The notes under the pieces: model-generated | Databases searched by the model: none | Seen by the model: only the letters and a program-made list of their open reading frames with translations | What the model was told of the DNA's origin: nothing | Part shown: one piece after another, positions 37,001 through 48,800 of the stretch | How the letters are laid out: the number at the start of each line of letters is the position of its first letter | Position numbering within the stretch: position 1 is the first letter of the stretch | Translations under genes and position numbers: made by a program | Origin: Squalus acanthias | Lineage: Eukaryota | Assembly: GCA_030390025.1 (NCBI GenBank) | Contig: CM059432.1 | Location: forward strand, 35,962,001-36,026,000 | Length of the DNA: 64,000 nucleotides | Reading direction: 5' to 3'

Positions 37001-38579
37001 AACAAAATGATTTCAGCATCTCTCACTCAGCGGCGGCGCATCTGTTAGTCAATGGCGCCGTGTCTTTCACCCGATGATGCGTCATTTGCCCGTCCGCTCT
37101 GCGCCCTTACCCTGCCAGCGTTTTATTACCTGTCTGCTCTGCATTCCTTGCATACGAACAGGAGTAGACCATTCAGCCCCTCGAGCCTGCTTCGCCATTC
37201 GATGAGATCGTGGCTGATCTGCGACCTAACTCCATATACCCACCTTTGGCCCATATCCCTAAATACCTTTGGTTAACAGAAAGCTATCAATCTTCGATTT
37301 AAAATTAACAACTGATCTAGCATCAATTGGCGTTTGCGGAAGAGAGTTCCAAACTTCTACCACCCTTTGTGTGTAGAAGTGCTTCCTAATTTCACTCCTG
37401 AAGGATCTGGCTCTAATTTTTAGACTATGCCCCCTAGTCCTAGAATTCCCAACCAGCGGAAATAGTTTCTCTCTATTTACCCTATCTGTTCCCCTTAATA
37501 TCTTACCCGCCAATGTTAGCTGATTGTTATATCCTAAAGGCCGAGGGAGTGACGTCTGTCAGCTAAAGGTGAGCTGGAGGTGATGTCTTATTGTTTGTTC
37601 CTCATTACTTTTAGGACCCAATGCTCACTGAACTACACGGATTAGATGGAAGTGGAGACGGGACACCCAACTCTTACAGCCAGGTGCGTGCGGGTGTACA
37701 GCATGTGCGTATGTATGTGAGCGCGTGTGTGTGTTGGTGAGAAAAGGATCCTGAGATTCAGATTATGATTCAGATTCAGTCATATCTCAACAAAAGCTGT
37801 ATCACGAGGGTCCCAGGTTCTCCGTCCTGTGCTGAGTTAGCCGACCTCAGGTGGTGAGGTGCTGCAGTTGCCCTCAGCATCTCCCCAGGGCAACAGGAAA
37901 ATCAGCCATGGTGCCTGCTCCCAATTGTTACTCGGTGCTCGTGCTGGAACGAGGGGATGTAGGTTTGGTCCGGGGCAGGATCGAGGCCGTGCTGCTGCTC
38001 CCTGGCTTGGCTCACGCACAAAGACAGGCCACTAGGGGGAGGTAGCGAGGGCACTTGGCTGTTGTAGAGCCGTACTCTGCGAGGAGGCCGATGCCTTCGG
38101 TACAGAAGGGACATTGGCAACGAGAAGCGTGCTGAGCCACTCGCTGACTCTCTTTCTCTGTTTCACACTCGCGCGCTCTCTTTTTCACTCTCTCTTTCAC
38201 TCACTATTTTTCACTATTTCTCTTACTTTTTTCTCTCTCTCTCTCTCCCCCTCTCTCTCTCTCCCCCCCCCTCTCTCTCTCTCTCCCCCCCCTCTCTCTC
38301 TCCCCCCTCTCTCTCTCTCTCTCCCCCTCTCTCTCTCTCTCTCTCCCCCCCTCTCTCTCTCTCTCTCTCTCTCCCCCTCTCTCTCTCTCTCTCTCCCCCT
38401 CTCTCTCTCCCCCTCCCCCTCTCTCTCTCCCCCCCTCTCTCTCTCTCTCTCTCCCCCCCCTCTCTCTCTCTCTCTCTCTCCCCCTCTCTCTCTCTCCCCC
38501 CCTCTCTCTCTCTCTCCCCCCCTCTCTCTCTCTCCCCCCCCTCTCTCTCTCTCTCTCCCCCCCCTCTCTCTCTCTCTCT

Positions 38580-38611
<32 letters not shown>

Positions 38612-38782
38612 CCCCCTCTCTCTCTCTCTCCCCCCTCTCTCTCTCTCTCCCCCTCTCTCTCTCTCCCCCCCTCTCTCTCCCCCTCTCTCTCTCTCTCCCC
38701 CCTCTCTCTCTCTCTCTCTCCCCCTCTCTCTCTCTCTCTCTCTCCCCCTCTCTCTCTCTCTCCCCCTCTCTCTCTCTCTCTC

Positions 38783-38820
<38 letters not shown>

Positions 38821-38978
38821 CCTCTCTCTCTCTCTCTCCCCCTCTCTCTCTCTCTCTCTCTCCCCCTCTCTCTCTCTCTCTCTCCCCCCCTCTCTCTCTC
38901 TCTCTCTCCCCCCCTCTCTCTCTCTCTCTCCCCCCCTCTCTCTCTCTCTCTCCCCCCTCTCTCTCTCTCTCTCTCTCT

Positions 38979-39009
<31 letters not shown>

Positions 39010-39065
39010 CCCCCCTCTCTCTCTCTCTCCCCCCCCTCTCTCTCTCTCCCCCCCCCCTCTCTCTC

Positions 39066-39111
<46 letters not shown>

Positions 39112-39130
39112 CCCTCTCTCTCCTCTCTCT

Positions 39131-39170
<40 letters not shown>

Positions 39171-42100
39171 CCTCTCCCTCTCTCTCTCTCTCTCTCTCTC
39201 CCCCTCTCTCGCGCCCTCCCCCCTCTCTCGCGCCCTCCCCCCTCTCGTGACCACCTCCAGCTCCCATCATCCGCAAATTTAGAAATTGTGTTTTTGATTC
39301 CAAAGTCTAAATCGTTAATATGAATTGTGAATAACATGGTCCTAGCACTGATCCTTGTGGAACACCACTACCCACCGTCTGTCACTGTGAATAACTACCT
39401 TTTACTCCTACTCTCTGCTTTCTGTCTTGAAGCCAGCTAGCAATCCATTCTGCTACTTGTCCCCTGAGTCCGCATTATCTAACCTTGTTCATCAGTCTAT
39501 TATGCCATTGTCCACATGCCAGATACGAGACTCCCAAAACAAGCGCTCTGCTCGGAGCTCCGGCACGGCAAGAGAGCCCCAGGTGGGCAGAGGAAACGCT
39601 TCAAGGACACCCTCAAAGCCTCCTTGAAAAAGTGTAACATCCCCACTGACACCTGGGAATCCCTGGCCCAAGACCGCACAAAGTGGAGGAGAAGCATCCG
39701 GGAAGGCGCCGAACACCTCGAGTCTCTTCGCTGGGAGCAAGCGCAGGCAGTGCAAGGAGCGCACGTCAACCCAAGCACCCCACCCACCTGCCCCTTCAAC
39801 CACCGTCTGCCCCACCTGTGACAGGGACTGTAGATCCCGCATTAAACTCATCAGTCACCTGCGAACTCATTTTTAATGTGGAAGCAAGTCATCCTCGGTT
39901 CCGAGGGACTGCCTAAGAAGAAGATGATGATTATGCCATTCTCTGATTTAAAAAAAAAAACTGTTATCAGTAAAAAATGACCATGAAGCTGTCAGATTGT
40001 CGTAAATCCCAACTGGTTCACTAATGTCCTTTAGCGAAGGAAACCTGGAGTCCTTTCACGGTCTGGCCTATATGTGACTCCAGTCCCACACATGTGGTTG
40101 ACTCTTAACTGCCCTCTGAAGTGGCCTAGCAAGTCACTCAGTTGTATCAAACTGCTCTAAAAAATCAACACACGGACTGCAGCGATTCAGGAACAAGGCC
40201 CAATGCCACCTTCTCGAAGGTGACTAGGATGACTAATAAATGCCACCAGTGCTCACATCCCAAGAATGAATTTTTAAAAAGCCATGCTGACACTCGAGGA
40301 GAATGGCCACTTGGGTGCGGTACCAAGAGGTGGAGGTACCGTATCCTGGGGAAAGTGCACACCTTCCACGGAGAATTGAAGGGCGGAATTAAAAAGAGCG
40401 GGCCTACAGTTCTATTCCAACTTTGATGTTCCAGCTGTCTGTTTCCTTGCACCAGTTTTATTTTTGGTGGTGGTTGGAGTTGGCTGTTGAGCTCTGCCCC
40501 CTGCAGTGCTGCTGGGTTTTTCAGAGCTATCAACAAAAAAAAATAATTAAAATAACAAAATTGGAAGTTTTAAGCATATGAAGAGAACTGGTGGTGTCGA
40601 TCGAGGCAAATTGTTCAAGGTGGTGAAAGGTTCAAATCCCAGCGGGCAAGAATTAAAAATGGGGAAAGCAGGAGTAGGAATCACAGAATGGTCGTCTTCC
40701 ATGCTGTAACCATTCGGCCCGTCGAGCCCGTGCCGGCTCTCCGCAAGAGCACTTCAGCTAGTCCCACTCCCCCCGCCCTTTCCCCGTAGCCCTGCAGATT
40801 TCGATCCTTCAGGTCCTTATCCAATTCCCTTTTTGAAAGCCGGGATTGAATCTGCCTCCACCACCCTTTCAAGCAGTGCATTCCAGATTTTAACCACTCG
40901 CTGCGTAAAAAATTTTTTTCTTATGTTGCCTTTGGTTCTTTTGCCAATCACCTTAAATCTGTGTCCTCTGGTACTCGACCCCTCCGCCAATGGGAACAAT
41001 TTCTCTCTTGTCTACTCGGTCTAGACCCCTCATGATTTTGAACACCTCTATCAAATCTCTTCTCAATCTTCTCTGCTCTAAGGAGAACAACCCCAGCTTC
41101 TCCAGTATATCACCGTAACTGAAGTCCCTCATTCCTGGAATCATTCTCGTAAATCTTTACTGCACCTTCTCTAAGGCCTTCACATCTTTCCTAAAGTGTG
41201 GTGCCCAGAATTGGGCACAGTACTCCAGCTGGGGCCGAACCAGTATTTTATACTTTTATACTTTCACACTTTTGTACTCTATACCTCTATTTATGAAGCC
41301 TAGGATCCCGTTAAGCCTTTTTAACTGCTTTCTCAACCTGACCTGCCACCTTCAACGATTTGTGCACATACACCCAGGTCTCTCTGTTCGTGCACCCCCT
41401 TTAGGATTGTACCATTTAGTTTATATGTCCTCTCCTCATTCTTTCTACCAAACTGTATCACTTCACACTTTTCTGCGTTAAATTTCATCTGCCACGTGTC
41501 CGCCCATTTCACCGGCCTGTCTATTTCTTCTTGAAGTCTATCACTCTCCTCCTCACTGTTCACTATATTTCCAAGTTTTGTGTCATCTGCAATTTTTGAA
41601 ATTGTGCCCTGTACACCCACGTCCAAGTCATTAATATATATCAAGAAAAGCAGTGGTCCTAGAACCGATCCCTGTGGAACACCACTGTATACCTTCCTCC
41701 TGTCCGAAAAACAACCGTTCACCACTACTCTCTGTTTCCTGTCACTTAACCAATTTTGTATCCATGCTGCCACTGTCCCTTTTATTCCATGGGCTTCAAC
41801 TTTGCTGGCAAACCTATTATGTGGCACTTTGTCGAATGCCTTTTGGAAGTCCATTTACACTACGTCAACCGCATTGCCTTCATCAGCCCTCTCTGTTACC
41901 TCATCAAAAAACTCGATCAAGTTGGTTAAACACGATTTGCCTTTAACAAATCCGTGCTGGCTTTTCTTAATTAATCCACACCTATCCCAGTGACTGTTAA
42001 TTTTGTCCCTGATTACTGTTTCTAAAAGCTTCCCCACTACCGACGTCAAACTGAGTTGCTGAGTTAATCTTTACACCCTTTTTTGAACAATGGTGTAACA

Positions 42101-45100
42101 TTTGCAATTCTCCAGTCCTCTGGCACCACCCCCGTATCTATGGAGGATTGGAATATTATGGCCAGTACCTCGCGATTTCCACCCTCAATTCCCTCAGCAT
42201 CTAGGATGCATCCCATCCACTCCTGGTGATTTATCTTTACAGTAGAGGATACTAAAAATATCCCAACACTGGACAAACGGGGGGCTATAGTGGGGGAGGA
42301 GCTAAACACGATTAAAATCACTAAGGAGATGGTACTCGGTAAGATAATGGGACTTAAGGCGGATAAATCCCCTGGACCTGATGGCTTACATCCTAGGGTC
42401 TTGAGAGAGGCAGCGGTGGGGATTGCGGATGCATTGGTGGTAATTTTCCAAAACTCCCTGGATTCGGGAAAGGTCCCAGCAGATTGGAAAACTGCTAATG
42501 TAACGCCCTTATTTAAAAAGGGAGGTAGACAAAAGGCTGGAACTATAGACCAGTTAGCCTAACATCTGTGGTTGGTAAAATGTTGGAGTCCATTATTAAG
42601 GAAGCAGTAACAGGACATTTGGATAAGCATAATTTAATCGGACAGAGTCAGCATGGTTTTGTGACAAATTGGCTCAAATTCTTTGAGGACGTAACAAACA
42701 GGGTGGATAAAGGGGAACCAGTGGATGTGGTGTATTTGGACTTCCAAAAGGCATTTGATAAGTTGCCACACAAAAGATTACTGCACAAGATAAAAAATCA
42801 CGGGATTGGGGGTAATATACTGGCATGGGTGGAAGATTGGCTATCTAACAGAAAACAGAGAGTTGGGATAAATGGTTCATTCTCGGGTTGGCAATCCGTA
42901 ACTAGTGGTGTTCCGCAAGGGTCAGTGCTGGGACCCCAACTCTTTACAATCTATATTAACGATTTGGAGGAGGGGACCAAGTGCAACGTATCCAAGTTTG
43001 CAGACGATACAAAGATGGGAGGCAAAGCAGTGAGTGAGGAGGACATAAAAAACCTGAAAAAGGACATAGACAGGCTAAGTGAGTGGGCGGAAATTTGGCA
43101 GATGGAATATAATGTTGGAAAGTGTGAGGTTATGCACTTTGGCAGAAAAAATCAAAGAGCAAGTTATTATCTAAATGGAAAGAAACTGCAAAGTGCTACA
43201 GTACAAAGGGATCTGGGGGTCCTGGTGCATGAAACACAGAAGGTTAGTATGCAGGTACAGCAGGTGATCAGGAAGGCCAATGGAATCTTGGCTTTATTGC
43301 AAGGGGAATGGAGTATAAAAGCAGGGAAGTCTTGCTTCAGTTATACAAGGTACTGGTGAGGCCACACCTGGAATACTGCGTACAGTTTTGGTTTCCATAT
43401 TTAAGAAAAGATATACTTGCTCTCGAGGCAGTTCAGAGAAGGTTCACTCGGTTGATTCCGGAGATGAGGGGGTTGACTTATGAGGAAAGGTTGAGTAGGT
43501 TGGGCCTCTACTCATTGGAATTCAGAAGAATGAGAGGCGATCTTATCGAAACATATAAGATTGTGAGGGGCTTGATCGGGTGGAGGCGGGGAGGATGTTT
43601 CCACTGATGGGTGAGACTAGAACTAGGGGGCATAATCTTAGAATAAGGGGCTGCTCGTTTCAAAACTGAGATGAGGAGAAACTTCTTCACTCAGGGTAGT
43701 AAATCTATGGAATTTGCTACCTCAGAGAGCTGTGGAAGCTGCGACATTAAATAAATTTAAAACGGAGATAGACAGTTTCCTAGCTGATAAGGGAATCAAG
43801 GGTTATGGGGAGCGGGCAGGGAAGTGGACGTGAGTCTAGGTTTGGATCAGCCATGATCCTATTGAATGGCGGAGCAGGCCCGAGGGGCCATATGGCCTAC
43901 TCCTGCTCCTACTTCTTATGTTCTTAAGTACAGCCAGCCTTTCTAATACCTCTTCTTTCAATTTTTATCCTATCAAGTGTCTCCACTACCTCCCCCTTCA
44001 CTGTCTATGGCAGCATCCTCTTCCTTGGTGAAGACAGATGCAAAGTACTCGTTTAGTACCTCAGTCATACCCTCTGCCTCCATGCGTAGGTCTCCTTTTT
44101 GGTCCCTAATCGGCCCCACCCCTCCTCTTACTACCCTTTTACTATTTATATGCCTATAGAAGACTTTTGGATTACCTTTTATGTTGGCTGCCATTCTATT
44201 CTCATACCCTCTCTTTACTCCTCTTACTTTCTTTTTCACTTCTCCTCTAACCTTTCTATATTTAGCCTGATTCTCGGATGTATTTGCAACCTGTCATACA
44301 CGCCCTTTTTCTGCTTCATCATTTTCTCTTTGTTTCGTCATCCAGGGAGCCCTGACTTTAGTTGCCCTGCCTTTCCCCCTAGTGGGAATGTACCTGAACT
44401 ATTTCCTCTTTAAAGGCAGCCCAGTGTTCCATTACAGTTTTGCCTGCCAATCTTTAATTCCAGTTTACCCGGGCCAGATCCGTTCTCATCCCACTGAAAT
44501 TGCCCTCCCCCAGTTAAACATTTTTACTCTAGATTGCTCCCTGTCCTTTTCCATAGCTAACCTAAACCTTATGATACTATGATCACTGTTCCCTAAATGT
44601 TCGCCGACTGGCACTTGCTCCACTTGACCTACCTCATTCCCCAGAACCAGATCCAGCAATGCCTCCTCCCTCATCGGGCTGGAAACAAACTGATCAAGAA
44701 AGTTCTCCTGAACACGCTTCAGAAATTCTTCCCCTTCTCTGCCCTTTACACTATTACTATCCCAGTCTATATTAGGATAGTTGAAGTTCCCCATTATTAC
44801 TACTCTACAGTTCTTGCACCTCTCTGTAATTTCTCTGCAAATTTGCTCCTCCATATTTTTCCCACTATTTGGTGGTCTATAGAATGCACCTAGTAGTGTA
44901 ATGGCACCTCTATTATTTCTTAACTCTAGCCATATAGATTCTATCCTTGACCCCTCCAGAACATCCTCCCTCTCCAGCACTGTAATATTCTCCTTGACCA
45001 ATACTGCCACACCACCACCTATCTTTCCTGGGTAGACAGGAGAATTATTTTCACCCAGAGGAGAATAGTGTTGGGGAAGAAGTTAGCAGGAAAAGATGAG

Positions 45101-45791
45101 GATAATTAGGGCGGGGTAAATGGGGTTAAGATGCAATTGGATGTGTTGCTCGGGAGAGAATGGGTTAAGGGATATGGTGAATAGATCAGCTCGGGCCAAT
45201 CCAAAGGACTTCTTGGGTTAACGGCCTTTTTATATTTTATGTTGCTGAGTGTTGTTGGGATTACAACCGGGTGAGTGCTGATTTCCGCTAGGTAACTCCT
45301 GCCCAGCCCGGTGCGATCTGGAAATCCAGCTCTAACTAGTTATCTTACTACATTTTTATTTTTGAAGTCACCAAAATCCTTCCATTCTCCTGTTGCAGTC
45401 ATCCAAGAAAAAGCCTAAAACTGCAGAGGCCGACACCTCGAGCGAGCTCGCCAAGAGGAGCAAAGAGATGTTCAGGAAGGAGGTAAGTCTGCACCGCAGA
45501 AAGTTTGGCTCTTCTCCCTCTGCCTCCATTCCCCCGCCCCACTTAGCATCCCAGTTAGTAAAAAGATTCCATGCTACTGTTCGAAGATGAGCAGTGAGTT
45601 CTCAGTGACCTGGCCAACATTCCTCCCTCAATCAACACCGAGAACAAATCAATTGTTGCATCTTTCCGTGCATAAAATGGCTGCCATATTTGCCAACTTA
45701 ACAATGACTGCACTTCACAAGTAATTCATTGGATATAAAGCATGTCCTGAGAGGTATCATTAAAGTGCTTTATAAATGTAAGTTTGTTTTA

Positions 45792-45834
<43 letters not shown>

Positions 45835-48800
45835 TAAATAAATATTATGTGTTGCACAGTGCAGATGTAAAGCTTAGGAAGTTAGCAGTCAGAATGGAAA
45901 TCAGGAGGGGGTTGGGGAGAACCAGAGGTCGATTGAGTTGTGGGACAAGCTACTTGGGAAGTACATTTAAAGTTGTCAGTATAAATGTTTTTGGGTCAAT
46001 TGGATATATTTCTAAAGAAAGAAAGGATTGAGGGAGATGGTGACAAGCTTGTGGGGAGGTGGGCTTCATTTCTGAAGAATGAAATTTGTTGGACGGCACG
46101 GCATGAAGAAAAATTCAGCACTCGCTTTTAATAAGTGACTCATTGACTGTCTGAATTGCAAATAGGCTGTTAATTCCGTGAACTTTTCGTCTTGCTTTTC
46201 TCGTGAGCATAACCCCAGCTCTCGAATGTGCCATGTCATCTGAGCACCGCACTCTAGGAAGGATGTGAAGGCCTTAGAGAGGGTGCAGAAAAGATTTAGG
46301 AGAATGATTCCAGGAATGAGGAACTTCAGTTACGCTGATAGTCTGGAGAAGCTGGGGTTGTTCTCCTTAGAGCAGAGAAGATTGAGAGGAGATTTGATAG
46401 AGGTGTTCAAAATCATGAGGGGTCTAGACCTAGTAGATAGAGAGAAACTGTTCCCATTGGCAGAGGACACAGATTTAAGGTGATTGGCAAAAGAACCAAA
46501 GGCGACGTAAGAAAAAACGTTTTTACGCAGCGAGTGGTTAAAATCTGGAATGCACTGCCTGAAAGGCAGATTCAATTGTGGTTTTCAAAAGGGAATTGGA
46601 TAAGTATCTGAAGGAACGAAATTTGCAGGGCTTCAGGGAAAGGACGGAGGAGTGGGACTAGCTGAAGTGCTCTTGCAGAGAGCCGGCACGGGCTCGACGG
46701 GCCGAATGGCCTCCTTCTGTGCTGTAACCATTCCATGATTCTATGCCTGTACCCCTGCTTCCCATGGATGTGCCCCCCTCCCAAGAAAATAACCTAATCT
46801 CCTGTGGACATGATCCCCTCCCAAGGATGCACCCCCATCTCTCATAAATAAGCCCTCCTCCCATGGATGTACTCCCATCTCTCATGGGCAGGACCCCCCC
46901 TCCCATGGATGTACCACCATCTATAATGCACATGCCCTCCACCCAACACGTACCCCCATCTCTCATGGGTGTCCCTCGATGCCCTGACGAGGTGTTGATG
47001 AGTCATCTTATGTCCGTGTGGTGAACGTGCTACCACAGTGCTGTTGGGGATTTCCAGGATATTAACCCAGCGACAATGAAGGAACAGCGGTATTTGTCTA
47101 AGTCAGGATGGTGTGTGACCTTGAAGGTGATGGTGTTGCCATGCATCTGCTGCCCTTGTCCTTCTAGCCAGTGGAGGTTGTGGGTTCAGGAGGTGCTGCC
47201 GAAGAAGCCTTGGCAACTTGCTGTAGTGCATCTGTAGATAGTACACACTGCAGCCACGGTGCGCCGGTGGTGGAGGGAGTGGCTGTTTAGGCTAGTGGGT
47301 GAAGTGTCAGGCTAGACCAGATGTTAGCAGATCCCAGCCCGACTGAACCTTATCTCACTACTCCAAAAATTCTCTTGTTTCTTTGCCAAGAGGCTGGCGT
47401 GTCATCGACTGGATATCAGGCGAGGACGGGATCTGGCATGGCTGCAATGCTTGCACCCCATGACCGACAAGCCAGCTGGTAATCAACAGTCTGTGCCGAG
47501 TTAGATAATAGTCGGCGAGGCTGTGGTGGCCGGGGGGGTGGGGGACAAATTGCCTTCTGACCCGCTGGAAACAGCAGCGGCTGGGTCAGGCTCATCTGCA
47601 AACGCCCCCCACCCTCCGCCCCACGGTTGAATAGTTGCAAGGCACCATGGTGCAATCGACACCCGTGGTTCCACGCCCCAGCAAGAGCCAACTCCTTCAG
47701 CTGTGGATGAGGGGGGAAAGGAAGAGGAGGGTGGTGGGAGAGAGATTTAAAAAGCACTGGAGAAACACACCAGGTCAGACAGCAAAAAATAATAAAAGCT
47801 GGCCAATGTTTAGGGTGGGCCCCATCGTCACAACTTGTTGTGAGGGTAGGTGTGGCTTTCCAAGGACAGCCCAAAATAAATAGAGGGAGCACGTAAACAC
47901 AGCGAGTTTCAGAGCCTGTAAATAGGCTTTTTAAAAATGTATGGCCACAAGGTGTGAAGGGCACTAAACTGTACCGCGGTCACCCCAGGCAGGCGTGCGA
48001 GGGAGCGTGAGTTTACACAGCTGCAGAATGAGCGGGAGGGCATGGGAGCATGGGTGTTATTTTATCCTTCGGGAAGTGTTATTCCTGAATTTGAGGACAC
48101 ATTCTGGGAGTGCTCCAGTTCATTACGGGATTCAATATCTCAACAACTTTATTATGTCTTCTCCCCTTCAAGTCACCCATTCCAGACACTTGAGCCCATA
48201 ATCTAGGCTGACACTCCAGTGCAGTACTGAGGGAGTGCCGCGCAGTCAGAGGTGCCGTCTTTCGGACCAGACGTTAAACCGAGGCCCCGTCTGCTCTCTC
48301 TGGATGATGCAAAAGATCCCATGATACTATTTGAAGAAGAGTAAGGGAGTTCTCCTCGGTGTCCTGGCCAATATTTATCCCTCCACCAACATTGCTAAAA
48401 CAGATTATCTGGTCATTGATGTAATTGCTGTTTGTGGGACCTTGCTGTGCGTAAATTGGCTGCCGTGTTTCGTATATTACAAGTGACTACTACAACAACG
48501 TGCATTTATATAGCGCCTGTAACGTAGTAAAACGTCCCAAGGCACTTCACAGGAGTATTATCAAACAAAATTTGACACCGAGCCTCATAAGGAGATATTA
48601 GGGCAGAAAGGTAGGTTTTAAGGAGCCTCTTAAAGGAGGGAAGCGCGGCGGAGAGGTTCAGGGAGGGAATTCCAGAGCTCAGGGCCTCGGCAGCTGAAGG
48701 CACAGCTGCCAATGGGTGGAGCGATTAAAATCGGGGATGCGCAAGAGGCGAGAAATGGAGGAGCGCAGATATCTCGGAGGGTTGTAAGACTGGAGGAGGT

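Noticed and set aside
38114..39337. Long ORFs of 343-378 aa (LSLSPP / ERERGG)
   Set aside because: Stop-free artefacts of the CT microsatellite
46755..46975. Short degenerate tandem repeat (cccatggatgtac...cccatctctcat)
   Set aside because: Ordinary intronic minisatellite with no further signal
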